IMG/VR virus record: IMGVR_UViG_3300028585_000020
Span: 1-64,000 of that record
Strand: one strand, 5' to 3'
From: a virus
Lineage: Duplodnaviria; Caudoviricetes
Length of the DNA: 64,000 nt
Part shown: positions 51,475 through 60,792 of the stretch, piece by piece
Layout of the letters: the number at the start of each line of letters is the position of its first letter
Position numbering within the stretch: position 1 is the first letter of the stretch
The notes under the pieces: model-generated
The model's input: the letters and a program-made list of their open reading frames with translations, nothing else
What the model was told of the DNA's origin: nothing
Databases searched by the model: none
Made by a program: the position numbers and the translations under genes

Positions 51475-52262
51475 TATTCCTCCACGAGCTTGCTTTTAAG
51501 TTGGTCGATACGTTCTTGGTAATTCTTCATCAGGATTTCTGCATGCTCAACATCTTGTTTGCGGAGTTTGATGTTGTGCAGCAACGAAGCGATCTGCTCG
51601 CGGGCTTCTGCGTTGGATCGGAGTTGTTCTGCTGTGAGAGGTTGCTTGTTGATGATTTTCCAATCCTTGTTTCTGATAAATTTCTCCACAGCTACAGCAG
51701 CGTAATCAATCCCCTCGTAACCTCCCTGAGTAAAATCCCAAGTAATGTGGAATCCACCTTCGCATTCTACAGCTTTAAATTCTTCACCTTCTTCGTCAAC
51801 AATGAAATAAAACACCGAAGGCAACTGAGGAACCTCATCCGGCAGTGTATATTCCTGCTTTGCCTCTTCTACAATACTCCTCCACAGACGTTTCGCAACA
51901 TGCCCTTCAATATCTTCCATAGTGTAAGCTTTTTTATTACATGGCACATTTGTACCAATCCGATACGCATACCAAACACTGCCGTTCTTCCGCATTGCCC
52001 ACTTAATGCTGCCAGATTCAACAGTGAAATTATCAGGGAATTTTGGTTTGGCTTTCTTGTTTTCGTCTACAACAATCCAACCTCCACTGACAACAAAATC
52101 TGCTGCTTCTTCCTCGTCGCAAATTGACCATTCAATATCTGTCACTTCGCTCCAACCTCGCGCCCACTTGACTTTGAAGCGGCCCGACTCAAGGCGCTTC
52201 ACAACGTGCGTGAAACCGGGCGCGTGATCTACACGCATCTGAAAAACATCTGGCAGCTTCAT
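51474..52262 (-). CDS. hypothetical protein with three internal repeats and C-terminal coiled coil
   Basis: KLPDVF / KFPDNF / QLPSVF repeat starts, each ending ...W..I/V. Confidence 0.75.
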   Translation of the reverse strand: MKLPDVFQMRVDHAPGFTHVVKRLESGRFKVKWARGWSEVTDIEWSICDEEEAADFVVSGGWIVVDENKKAKPKFPDNFTVESGSIKWAMRKNGSVWYAYRIGTNVPCNKKAYTMEDIEGHVAKRLWRSIVEEAKQEYTLPDEVPQLPSVFYFIVDEEGEEFKAVECEGGFHITWDFTQGGYEGIDYAAVAVEKFIRNKDWKIINKQPLTAEQLRSNAEAREQIASLLHNIKLRKQDVEHAEILMKNYQERIDQLKSKLVEE

Positions 52263-52438
52263 TGCACAACCTCCTCATACGCTTTCACAATAACCTGACG
52301 ATCAATCAGACTACGAAGCTCTCCAGCTTCAAAGAAAGTCACTTTCTCACTCCCTGCAAAGATGTCATAGCATTGCTCGTTAGGGATTGCTTGATAACGA
52401 GTGCTGAAACCTCGCAGGTAAAAGTTAAAGCTTTCCAT
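52259..52438 (-). CDS. hypothetical protein (59 aa)
   Basis: Manually translated MESFNFYLRGFSTRYQAIPNEQ...; overlaps both neighbours. Confidence 0.65.
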   Translation of the reverse strand: MESFNFYLRGFSTRYQAIPNEQCYDIFAGSEKVTFFEAGELRSLIDRQVIVKAYEEVVQ

Positions 52439-52695
52439 TATTTACCTTTCTGAATGTGGTCGTAAGCTGCTTGCAGGGCTTTTATGAGGAGAGGAATGTC
52501 TGCAACCGTCAAATAGCTCTCATCGTAGCCGCCAAGACCATCACCTAACTTGACTATTACACTAGGGCCAGCAGTGCCACACTCACCCAGCACAACCTTT
52601 TCTTCGGCACCGTCAGTGGCAATATATGAGAAACCATCAATCTCTACCTCATGCTTATCAACTCGTACAAACATTCTCTTCTCCTTAAAATTCAT
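52438..52695 (-). CDS. hypothetical protein
   Basis: 85 aa; promoter upstream. Confidence 0.7.
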   Translation of the reverse strand: MNFKEKRMFVRVDKHEVEIDGFSYIATDGAEEKVVLGECGTAGPSVIVKLGDGLGGYDESYLTVADIPLLIKALQAAYDHIQKGK

Positions 52696-52706
52696 AACAA
52701 GACATC

Positions 52707-52735
52707 ATTGTACATCAGATTGTTACGCAGTGCAA
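52707..52735 (-). promoter_or_regulatory. sigma70-like promoter
   Basis: TTGCAC, 17 nt, TACAAT. Confidence 0.7.
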
Positions 52736-52738
52736 GAG

Positions 52739-53260
52739 TTATTTTGAGCGTTCTTTAAGAATCTTCTCGACAATCTTACGTCGCTTATCGCTATTTGTTA
52801 GCTGAGCATCTGCGTACCCGTAGTCGTAGCAAAACTGCTTAACAATGCTAACAGGCTGCTTGCAGATTGCAATCACTTCTTTCTCAAATTTAGCTTGGTC
52901 AAAAGTACAGCCTGTCTTGTCCATCCGGGTTTTACAATCATGGCACTCATGACACAGCACTTGAAGCCCTGAAGGTTGGCAGAACAGCCTCTCTACGAAA
53001 TCTCCTACATCTTCCTTGCAAGTCATACTTCCAGCAGGAATCTTGTGGTCAACAGCCACCATCTTACTCTCAAAAAGCTGCTGGCACATGTTGCACTTGT
53101 AGCTCCACTGTCGGCGCTTGTTGTCGCCTTTGTATGGAACTTTAGCAGCAGCCAGAGCTTCGTAAACAGCAGGCCACTTACGGGACAGTGAGCGCAGTCC
53201 TGAGCGCAACCATACGTAGAAGTTAACAGGCTTCTTGGCAGGTTTAGACTTCTTAACCAT
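52739..53260 (-). CDS. HNH endonuclease (replication-module type)
   Basis: LR.LSRKWP...Y.C..C...F....VAVDHKIP...LQVLCHECH..KT. Confidence 0.85.
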   Translation of the reverse strand: MVKKSKPAKKPVNFYVWLRSGLRSLSRKWPAVYEALAAAKVPYKGDNKRRQWSYKCNMCQQLFESKMVAVDHKIPAGSMTCKEDVGDFVERLFCQPSGLQVLCHECHDCKTRMDKTGCTFDQAKFEKEVIAICKQPVSIVKQFCYDYGYADAQLTNSDKRRKIVEKILKERSK

Positions 53261-53435
53261 ACTTAGTGCAAAGCACCAACGCTTGATCTTCCGAGAATCC
53301 TTGCTCAACAAGCTCTTCGTAACGTGCTCGCCAGATTCGTGCATTCAACACTGCAAACTCGCAATGAGCCAAAATGTTCTCTCGCAAATTCTTAACGAGC
53401 ATTGGTAGTTCTGTTACGTTCGGTTCGTTATTCAT
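53253..53435 (-). CDS. hypothetical protein
   Basis: 60 aa; Y..LV..GFSE.QAL.L motif. Confidence 0.75.
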   Translation of the reverse strand: MNNEPNVTELPMLVKNLRENILAHCEFAVLNARIWRARYEELVEQGFSEDQALVLCTKYG

Positions 53436-54432
53436 ATGTCACTCCATATTTATCAAGTTCTTCGTCAAGATTAAATTTATAATCCTCGCTAGTCATCATC
53501 CGACTCATTACGCAGTTTTCGTTCATGACGTACTTCCAGTCCACCTCAAACTGGTTACCCCGCCAACCCGTAATAACTCGCGGCTCTGGATAGAGTTTCT
53601 TATAAACTGCAATGGCTGCACCCCAAGCCTCTTTCTCATTCTTGCAATTGACCAGCGCCTTGTAGCTACTCTTCTCTCCCCATTTCTTTTCAGGACATGC
53701 CGAGTTGGCCCAATATTCGTCACTATCGTCCCCGCTACAAACTTGGTGGAGCCACCAGAGATACCCATCACCCTTCACAGCACCCTTGTCGTTCAAGTAG
53801 AGCTTACCGAATCCCGAGATTTGTTGAGGCTCTTGCATCTGCCCGTGAATATAGTAGTTAAGATTACAACCAAAATAGTCCTTTTCAATACCTACAAGAA
53901 TTTTACTAGGGTCTTCTGTGCAATCAATTACTACTTGATCGTCTGTTTCTAACCCGCGAATTATCTTACCTTTGTGGCTAGTAATAATGTACTTTTCAAT
54001 TTCTTCCAAGTGTAAAGGCTTCAAAAGGGAAGCCCTCGAACCTTTATATTTAACAATAGTGGAAGCCTCAACTCTCCAGCTATCTCCCTTTCCAATGTAG
54101 CCATAATAAGAAGTGGCGTCAAGAGCGTCAACAACATTCTTAATGTGATTCTTGACAGACGAAAGTGCAAACTCAATAGGTTCAGCCACTTGCTTGTCCA
54201 CAATCTCGAACTCATCAAGAGAGAAGGGGGTTTTGCCTTCCTGCATACGCGACAGATTTGTTTCAGCAAGCCACCCGCCAGATTTAGCTTTCCAGTGTCC
54301 GTAGAACATCGTGCGATTATCAAAATTCTTAGCCCTGCCAGTGGGTTTGTGTATGACCTCGACAGAACGCTTTTCACATGCTGATCCAATCTGGTATTTC
54401 AAGTAATCGAAATCAAAGACTAAAACGGTCAT
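53428..54432 (-). CDS. 5'-3' exonuclease (T7 gp6/FEN-like)
   Basis: VFDFD, R....YKG.R, LETDD, EKD, GD..D.Y. Confidence 0.9.
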   Translation of the reverse strand: MTVLVFDFDYLKYQIGSACEKRSVEVIHKPTGRAKNFDNRTMFYGHWKAKSGGWLAETNLSRMQEGKTPFSLDEFEIVDKQVAEPIEFALSSVKNHIKNVVDALDATSYYGYIGKGDSWRVEASTIVKYKGSRASLLKPLHLEEIEKYIITSHKGKIIRGLETDDQVVIDCTEDPSKILVGIEKDYFGCNLNYYIHGQMQEPQQISGFGKLYLNDKGAVKGDGYLWWLHQVCSGDDSDEYWANSACPEKKWGEKSSYKALVNCKNEKEAWGAAIAVYKKLYPEPRVITGWRGNQFEVDWKYVMNENCVMSRMMTSEDYKFNLDEELDKYGVTYE

Positions 54433-55027
54433 TACCCCTCCAATCACAAATATGTTCGTACTTGTTCAGATAATCTATAACTCGCGTATCAACATCAAAG
54501 TCTTCAGTTTGAAGTCGAACTGCCCACTCTCTTGCACGAGCTTCTTTTGCAGCTTTATAAAGGTTGCGACCAATCTCAATATTCTCTCTTGTGACTTCGA
54601 GCTTAGCTAGCACGGTATCACAAATACGAACCCACAACTTACCTTTCCATTCGTAACTGCCTTGTGGGTATTCTCCTCGCTTCGCACCACAGCTCTGGAG
54701 GAATTTATTTAAAGGTGCAGGAATTAAAATACAAGTTTCTGGTGAATAGATTTTGTTGCCGCTTAGTAAAATGTCAGCATCCAGTTGGTATCCTAGTGCA
54801 TAGCCTTTTTGTGATCTGTTCCATTCCACGAATTCTTGGTATCCTTGAAACTTGTTCTCACTCCCTCGGTAAGTTGGCTCGCGCATCTGAGTTGCCCCAT
54901 TCGGATTACAGCGCTCTTTGATATTATTCCAAAGAACCCCACTCACTGTCCAAACGTATTTTTTACCTACGTACCCTCGTTGAGTCCATTCTCCGAGCTT
55001 ATTCTTCTTATCAGGCTGTGTTTTCAT
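54413..55027 (-). CDS. HNH-type homing endonuclease, paralog of 44387..44995
   Basis: W.NIKERC...TY.G..NKF..YQEF.EW...QLD.D.L..GNK.YSPETC..IP..LN. Confidence 0.85.
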   Translation of the reverse strand: MKTQPDKKNKLGEWTQRGYVGKKYVWTVSGVLWNNIKERCNPNGATQMREPTYRGSENKFQGYQEFVEWNRSQKGYALGYQLDADILLSGNKIYSPETCILIPAPLNKFLQSCGAKRGEYPQGSYEWKGKLWVRICDTVLAKLEVTRENIEIGRNLYKAAKEARAREWAVRLQTEDFDVDTRVIDYLNKYEHICDWRGNDRFSL

Positions 55028-55076
55028 AGCCATCCTTATGAAAATGCCCTGCACTCCCCGCAGGAAGAACAGGGCA
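55021..55076 (-). terminator. terminator after SSB fused to start-codon-sequestering hairpin
   Basis: TGCCCTG...CAGGGCA-TTTT then TTTTCATA-AGGATGGC-TATGAAAA. Confidence 0.75.
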
Positions 55077-55097
55077 GGTTGTCTTACTCAGCCAAAC

Positions 55098-55736
55098 TTA
55101 AAACGGAGCCGAATCAGCGTCGTATTCCTCTTGCTCTTCAGACTCTTCTTTCTTAGCCTTAGAAGCACGGGCTTGAGTGGCCTCTTTACGAGCCTCTTCT
55201 TTCTTAACAGGCTTGTCGCCAAACTCACTACCCGCAGCACCGCCTTGCGAAACATATTCTTTAAAACCTTCTTCAGTCATAAGAACATTATTCAGCTTGG
55301 CGAAAGTGCCGAAGTCATTGGTGGAAATTCGATAAGAAACTTTACCAACACTTCCATTCGCAATCAGGCGACTCTCCGTAATGTCCACACGATCACCATT
55401 GTCATAATCAACAAAGACTTTTGGACGATGCTCTGGGTAAAACGGCTCACCGTCTTTCGTAGCGTCTTTCTTCAGCTTAATCTCGTAGACATTTTTCTCA
55501 CCCTTGAGGTTATCTGGGAGAGCAACCTTGTACTTACCCTCGAAGTCACTTGCCTTAATCTTCTTAGCAGGTTGCTTCTTGAATTGCTCATCCCATGCAT
55601 CTGCTGCGTCTTCGTCAACAATAACACTGATAGTGTACTCAGTGTCTTTCGATTGATATTTCAGACTTGGCTCAGCCACTTTTGCGAACACGAACATACC
55701 TTCAACAACACCAAAGTTTTGCTTTTTATCAGCCAT
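55098..55736 (-). CDS. single-stranded DNA-binding protein (T7 gp2.5-like)
   Basis: AKV.EP...Y, I.NGS.G.V, acidic C-terminal tail ending in Phe. Confidence 0.8.
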   Translation of the reverse strand: MADKKQNFGVVEGMFVFAKVAEPSLKYQSKDTEYTISVIVDEDAADAWDEQFKKQPAKKIKASDFEGKYKVALPDNLKGEKNVYEIKLKKDATKDGEPFYPEHRPKVFVDYDNGDRVDITESRLIANGSVGKVSYRISTNDFGTFAKLNNVLMTEEGFKEYVSQGGAAGSEFGDKPVKKEEARKEATQARASKAKKEESEEQEEYDADSAPF

Positions 55737-55832
55737 TATTTATTTCCTTTTCATTTAATTACACTTGTGGAATGCCATTTGGCGGCTTCCTCCTTATTTA
55801 CACACGAGCCTGCATGTGCAACAGTAGAACAC

Positions 55833-56051
55833 TTACCTAAGCTTCCTCCGCTCCCACCAATCGTGCACCTTCCATACTGCCAGAAGCAACACAACAGAAG
55901 TGTTGGCAACAGGAGTGAGCACAATCGCAGCGTGCCAAATACATTCGGAGAACGGAGGGTGTATCTCAAGCTTGCCCACATTCTGATAAAGACCGTATAG
56001 AAGAATTACAGCAGACAGCAGGTAGATTACTATTAGTGTTGGGATCATCAC
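55833..56051 (-). CDS. small membrane protein
   Basis: Two hydrophobic segments. Confidence 0.7.
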   Translation of the reverse strand: MMIPTLIVIYLLSAVILLYGLYQNVGKLEIHPPFSECIWHAAIVLTPVANTSVVLLLAVWKVHDWWERRKLR

Positions 56052-56353
56052 ATGAACGCCTTTGCAATCCAGCCGAAGAGCAGCACGACAGCCGGAGCAA
56101 TGACATCAAATACAAGCAGCGTACTATACTCTTGTCGATTATCAGTCTCAATCTTGGATGGCATGTGCTTGAATAGCATCACCCCGTACATGATACCAAC
56201 AGCAACTGGCACAGTGATTGCAGGCATACCGAACGTTGCTACGATAAACCATGCCCACATCACACTTAGAACGTAACCACGCCACACTGTGGTGCCGACA
56301 GCAATTAGCAGTTGTCCAATCAGCTTAGTAATACTAGATTCTTCTTTCATCAA
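56048..56353 (-). CDS. membrane protein (about 3 TM)
   Basis: GYVLSVMWAWFIV..FG.P.I.V..A.GI hydrophobic pattern. Confidence 0.8.
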   Translation of the reverse strand: MMKEESSITKLIGQLLIAVGTTVWRGYVLSVMWAWFIVATFGMPAITVPVAVGIMYGVMLFKHMPSKIETDNRQEYSTLLVFDVIAPAVVLLFGWIAKAFM

Positions 56354-56607
56354 TCCTCCTTATCACGTTCATCATAAATCTTATAAAGCTCAGCTTCAAG
56401 CTCGCTCACAGCAGACGCACTCATGAGATGAATCACATCAATTTCATCTACAAGCACTTTGTCAAGCTCAATCTCATCGTAAGCTTCCGGTTCGTCTTCT
56501 GTTGCAGGGTGCCCCTTATAGAAATAGAACTCTGCAATTACTGGAGTGCCACGTAACATCACTTCACGTTGGTGTCGAAATGATTCAGAATATTCTTTGT
56601 TAGCCAA
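56350..56607 (-). CDS. hypothetical acidic protein
   Basis: 85 aa, AAGGAG RBS. Confidence 0.75.
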   Translation of the reverse strand: MANKEYSESFRHQREVMLRGTPVIAEFYFYKGHPATEDEPEAYDEIELDKVLVDEIDVIHLMSASAVSELEAELYKIYDERDKED

Positions 56608-56674
56608 TGTTCGATATCTCCTTTAAGAAGTAGAAAACCTATTCGGATGTTCATTAGAACATATTGGAAGTCAT

Positions 56675-56827
56675 TCATCCGTCCCAGCCTTCAAATAACT
56701 CGATGAAGTCCTCTTCAAGCTCTCGCATGTACTGGTTGTATTGCTTTTGAGTGATGAAGCCTTCTGACAGTTCTTGTTCAAGCTCCATCGCAGCAGCTTC
56801 GTATCGCGCCTCTTTACGCATACTCAT
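56675..56827 (-). CDS. hypothetical acidic protein (50 aa)
   Basis: Manually translated MSMRKEARYEAAAMELEQELSEGFIT... Confidence 0.6.
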   Translation of the reverse strand: MSMRKEARYEAAAMELEQELSEGFITQKQYNQYMRELEEDFIELFEGWDG

Positions 56828-56976
56828 TTAATCTCCAAGTCCGTCAGATCACCATCGAACGCTTCAGCAAGAGTTTGAAGCTCATCGCCAATGTACTCTT
56901 TGTTATCTTTGTACTGGTCGTCCTCAAAGAAATCTGGGGAAACTTCCATCGTCACGTACAGTTTAAGCTGTGCCAT
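56824..56976 (-). CDS. hypothetical acidic protein (50 aa)
   Basis: Manually translated MAQLKLYVTMEVSPDFFEDD...; GAGGAG RBS. Confidence 0.65.
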   Translation of the reverse strand: MAQLKLYVTMEVSPDFFEDDQYKDNKEYIGDELQTLAEAFDGDLTDLEIK

Positions 56977-57394
56977 CTTCTTCCTCCTTCATTTCAAGGT
57001 TGCTATTATACAGATTTTTGTCTTCTGAGTCAACAACATTCTTAAGCAATTTTGTTACAGCAGCTTCACGGTAGGCAAGCTCACGCATACTGAGCATGAT
57101 TCCTCGATGGCCCTCTGGTAAGAATCCTTTAGAATGCAACCAGTCGCACAGCTTAACAGTTTTGGCTTTGTACACATCACACAATCCATCCTTCGCCACG
57201 ATGATGCCTTTCGGGAAATCTTCAGCTAGTTTGCAGAAATATGGCAAGCGATACCAAATATCCTTCTCCCTTAGCATGCAAGCCCTCAGACACGCCTGTG
57301 CGAGCTTCTGATAAGTTTCCTCGTCGGCTTCGTGTGTTGTGGCGAGGAGTTGTTTAGAAGGTTTCCTTCTAGCCGTAGTAGGAATGTTGCTCAT
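56963..57394 (-). CDS. hypothetical protein
   Basis: ORF 56963..57418; start uncertain. Confidence 0.7.
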   Translation of the reverse strand: MSNIPTTARRKPSKQLLATTHEADEETYQKLAQACLRACMLREKDIWYRLPYFCKLAEDFPKGIIVAKDGLCDVYKAKTVKLCDWLHSKGFLPEGHRGIMLSMRELAYREAAVTKLLKNVVDSEDKNLYNSNLEMKEEEDGTA

Positions 57395-57620
57395 GAGTTC
57401 GCTCACTACATTTCCCACACACAGCGCACTCGTTCCAATACTCAGTGTAGGCAGTGTCGTTGTAACTGCCGCTGAAATAGTATTCCCGCTGGATCAAATC
57501 TAAATGTGGGCAGATTGCGTCACGCTCAGCTTTCGCTTTGGAAAACTTTTCATCTGCTTTCCGTTTAGCTTCTTGTGCTTTCAGAAAACTAGTTTGTGCC
57601 TTTTCAAAATCTTTCATCAT
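57369..57620 (-). CDS. hypothetical protein with CPH...CxxCG zinc-ribbon motif
   Basis: 83 aa; ICPH ... CAVCGK. Confidence 0.75.
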   Translation of the reverse strand: MMKDFEKAQTSFLKAQEAKRKADEKFSKAKAERDAICPHLDLIQREYYFSGSYNDTAYTEYWNECAVCGKCSERTHEQHSYYG

Positions 57621-58063
57621 TCCTCCACAACAAACAAAGTTCTAGAAATCCTAACCCAGCGCTTCTTCTTGAGCCACTGTTCACCACTCTCGATAGCCAC
57701 ACCTTCAGGATTGTTAGTGTACCACTGATAAGAAAGCTTAAACATATCGTCGTTCTTAATAGACTCAAACAAGTCAGCGCTGCAATTGACCTGTAAATCA
57801 TTCGCCACCCAAGTATTCTTGTGCATGAAAGCTTCAAAATCGTGGACACGTTGGACAATGTCGCCAACGTTCTCGTAGAGCCACTGAGGGACGATGTGGC
57901 GGGTTTTCAGGGTTCCCTTAATTCCCGGAGGATTGTAAGGTGCTTGAGTCCAAGTTGCAAGTTGCTCACTGTATTTGCTGTTGAATTTCGCAACATGCTC
58001 CTTTTCGTGCTCAAACAGTTGTCGCCCAATTGCTGGGAAAGCATCTTGTATTTTACTCATCAT
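57617..58063 (-). CDS. hypothetical protein
   Basis: 148 aa, GGAGG RBS. Confidence 0.75.
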   Translation of the reverse strand: MMSKIQDAFPAIGRQLFEHEKEHVAKFNSKYSEQLATWTQAPYNPPGIKGTLKTRHIVPQWLYENVGDIVQRVHDFEAFMHKNTWVANDLQVNCSADLFESIKNDDMFKLSYQWYTNNPEGVAIESGEQWLKKKRWVRISRTLFVVEE

Positions 58064-58136
58064 TCCTCCATTTCAAAATTCCTAGGGATACGTTGAAATC
58101 GCTCTCCCGTCCACGCATAGTCTGTTTCAGCTTTCA

Positions 58137-58319
58137 TCAAATCCTCCGATAGTTCTTTTCAATGTACTCATGGATAACACTCATCGACGCCTCGTGCTTC
58201 TTGCGGGCAGCTTCTCGTTGCTCGGGAGTGCCGCCGTTGTGGATGGTGAATAGATCGAAGTAGTCGGAGAAGTCTAGTGCGAATTTTCCGATGTGGTGTT
58301 CCAGGGTAAAGTCTTTCAT
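58137..58319 (-). CDS. hypothetical protein
   Basis: 60 aa, AAGGAG RBS. Confidence 0.7.
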   Translation of the reverse strand: MKDFTLEHHIGKFALDFSDYFDLFTIHNGGTPEQREAARKKHEASMSVIHEYIEKNYRRI

Positions 58320-58336
58320 GGTTTCTCCTTAGTGAA

Positions 58337-60460
58337 TTAGTGAACTTCTTTCCACGAGCCATTATACGCAGCTTTGCCCTCGCCATCAAGCTCAATCGGC
58401 AACTTAAGATACTTACCAGCCTCAATGATGCAACCAACAGACATAGTACGGATATCCTCCTGAATGCCATCTTCTGTAAGCCAACTGTACTCATCGTGCG
58501 TCAAATTAGAACGCCAAGTGACTTTCCCCTTGTATTTGTAGAATGGTCGTCCTAAACTATCAATATACATTTCACCTAGTTTTGCATCCATCAAACAAGC
58601 TGCAATAGACATACAAATTGCCCCGAGAGACTGACCAAGACAATTGATAATCTTGTTCTTGCTACGGATATTCAAGATTCGCCCGTCCCACGCCGGAAGG
58701 TATTTCTTCTTACCCGAACCATTATAATAGGCTTCAGCCTTGTCTTTTAACATACCCAAGCCAGCGTTCTTAGTCCAATAGTTGTTATATGCAATAGTGG
58801 CTGCTGGCATAGTAAGATTCAAGCTACTAGCAAGCTTAGGAATGCCGCCACCATAAGCCAGTAGATAAGCCCCGGTTTTCGCACGATTACGGTAAGGCTT
58901 AAACTCAGTCTTATCTTTCAGCCCTTCCTCGTTCATGTCAAATTTCTTCTCAATTTCTGGGAAGAATGCAAATGCATTAAACGTATGACTGTCGCCCTCA
59001 AGAACCAGTCGTGCGAAAGCTCCGTCATCGTGCTTAAAAGTATAGGCTGCAAGCGTCCTATTCTCCAGCGCAGCCGCGTCTGTTCCTACGTACCAATAGC
59101 CTTCAGGACACACGAACAAATCCCGCATCTCATAACCTAACAACACTTTAGGGTCAGCCTTCGGACAATTCACAACGGTCTTATGTTTAACCCTGAAAGT
59201 TGGTGTGTAACCGCTAATCTCACTACTTAGACGACCATCGAAGTCTAGTCGCCAGTTCTTAAGCCACCCACTCACCACGCCTAGACGATTTCGGTATGAC
59301 AGAAACTTGACCACCTTTGCAGGAATCTCATCATTCAATTGCATGAGGTTAGGGCACAATTGACCAGCTTCTTGAATCTTCGGAGTGGTACGAATAACTT
59401 GCCCACGGCCATCCTTAACGGGCTTGTTATCTGGACCCTTCTTTAGATTCCACAAGGTAGGCTTCCAACCTGCATCAAGAAAATACTGTTTAATCTCAGC
59501 GTTATCATCAATTTCCATTGGAAGCTTGATGTCTAGAATATCATTAGCTACAAGCTTCTGTTGCAGGCCGTAAGCATGGATAATGTTGTCGTCCCCCATC
59601 GTGGCATTGTGCTTCTCAAGCCATTTAATCAGTGCAGCAGAACGTTCGCCTGACTTGGAAAACGGCTTGCTAGGCATCTTGTAGAAAGCCTTCTCAGCAG
59701 TCTTCAATGGGCGCGGAGGCAAGGCAGGATCGACTTCCGCCTTAAGCTTCGCCATCTCAATTTCAATCTTCTCTGTCAGCGCAATTGCACGTTCTTTGTG
59801 GAAAGGACTCCCGCTGTAAGCCTGCGCCGAATACAGCCAATAGTCTTTCTGCATCTGACGGAAGCTGGCATGAATCCACCCGTTACCGTATAAGTCAACA
59901 GCCTTCGCCCACAGACGCTTAAACACGCCTGCCAGAGCCTTAACGTCATCATCGCAGTATTCATCCATCAAAGGATGGTATTGCTTGAACTCAGCCCCTT
60001 TTGGTGCGTCCTTAGTCAGTGCTCCTGCTTCAATTAACTTGGCACGGAAATCCATCTTCTCATCTTCACTACCCGTTGACAGATATTCTAGGCTATGTTG
60101 TGGGGAGTCTGGCGAAAGAAACATTGACAGCACGTAAGTATCCACGAACTGAACAGGCTTATCCTCGATCCAGTCTTTACTCTTTTTTCCAACTCGCGGC
60201 TTGACATCGTAGAGTTTCCACCACGTCCAAAAGTCAAATCCAAGCCCGTTGTGGAAAACAACAAGAGCATCGTCAGGGAAACTGTTAACCCACTCCATTA
60301 ATTCCGCTTTGACTTCTTCTGCCTTCATACGGAAAGGGTAAATCTTAGTGGTACGGGAACCGTCAATACTGGTCAGACGGAGATACCAAGTCTTCGTGCA
60401 TTGCAAATAAAGATTATCAGTTTCCACATCCCCAAGCCAACCAATTACTTGTGTTCCCAT
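58337..60460 (-). CDS. polA: DNA polymerase family A (T7 gp5-like, 3'-5' exo + pol)
   Basis: ExoI DVET, ExoII FHNG..FD, ExoIII YCDDD; motif A DAAALE, motif B RNRAKTGAYLLAYG (Tyr at 762-equivalent), motif C HDE. Confidence 0.96.
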   Translation of the reverse strand: MGTQVIGWLGDVETDNLYLQCTKTWYLRLTSIDGSRTTKIYPFRMKAEEVKAELMEWVNSFPDDALVVFHNGLGFDFWTWWKLYDVKPRVGKKSKDWIEDKPVQFVDTYVLSMFLSPDSPQHSLEYLSTGSEDEKMDFRAKLIEAGALTKDAPKGAEFKQYHPLMDEYCDDDVKALAGVFKRLWAKAVDLYGNGWIHASFRQMQKDYWLYSAQAYSGSPFHKERAIALTEKIEIEMAKLKAEVDPALPPRPLKTAEKAFYKMPSKPFSKSGERSAALIKWLEKHNATMGDDNIIHAYGLQQKLVANDILDIKLPMEIDDNAEIKQYFLDAGWKPTLWNLKKGPDNKPVKDGRGQVIRTTPKIQEAGQLCPNLMQLNDEIPAKVVKFLSYRNRLGVVSGWLKNWRLDFDGRLSSEISGYTPTFRVKHKTVVNCPKADPKVLLGYEMRDLFVCPEGYWYVGTDAAALENRTLAAYTFKHDDGAFARLVLEGDSHTFNAFAFFPEIEKKFDMNEEGLKDKTEFKPYRNRAKTGAYLLAYGGGIPKLASSLNLTMPAATIAYNNYWTKNAGLGMLKDKAEAYYNGSGKKKYLPAWDGRILNIRSKNKIINCLGQSLGAICMSIAACLMDAKLGEMYIDSLGRPFYKYKGKVTWRSNLTHDEYSWLTEDGIQEDIRTMSVGCIIEAGKYLKLPIELDGEGKAAYNGSWKEVH

Positions 60461-60479
60461 TCATTTCTCCTATATCAAT

Positions 60480-60680
60480 TCAACCACCAACCCCTGCTGC
60501 GACAAACCCAACAATCACTGGAGTAGCCAGCGCAACAGCAACCCTCACATTAGTCCAAGGCACACTCGTCAGCGCACCCCCTGTAAGGAACAACGCTACG
60601 CCATCAACAATCAGCAGCAGCCAAGGGGATGCCCACAGAAGCAACAGGAATGCAAGAAATCCCTCCTTAATGCTCATCAC
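60480..60680 (-). CDS. small membrane protein
   Basis: Two hydrophobic segments. Confidence 0.7.
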   Translation of the reverse strand: MMSIKEGFLAFLLLLWASPWLLLIVDGVALFLTGGALTSVPWTNVRVAVALATPVIVGFVAAGVGG

Positions 60681-60790
60681 AGCCTCCGCTGATGGCTATC
60701 CACCACTAGGCATAGGAAGCCTACAATAAATACCCAGAAAGGGGCATTCAAACCAATACACGCAAAGAACGCGAACAGAGCTACTGCCAT
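60677..60790 (-). CDS. small membrane peptide (37 aa)
   Basis: Manually translated MAVALFAFFACIGLNAPFWVFIVGFLCLVVDSHQRRL; GGAG RBS. Confidence 0.55.
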   Translation of the reverse strand: MAVALFAFFACIGLNAPFWVFIVGFLCLVVDSHQRRL

Positions 60791-60792
60791 AA

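Noticed and set aside
55038-56000. Long antisense ORFs such as 55038..56000 (+), 7254..7886 (+), 47909..48562 (+), 16861..17436 (-)
   Set aside because: Shadow frames of well-supported genes; no RBS or motif support
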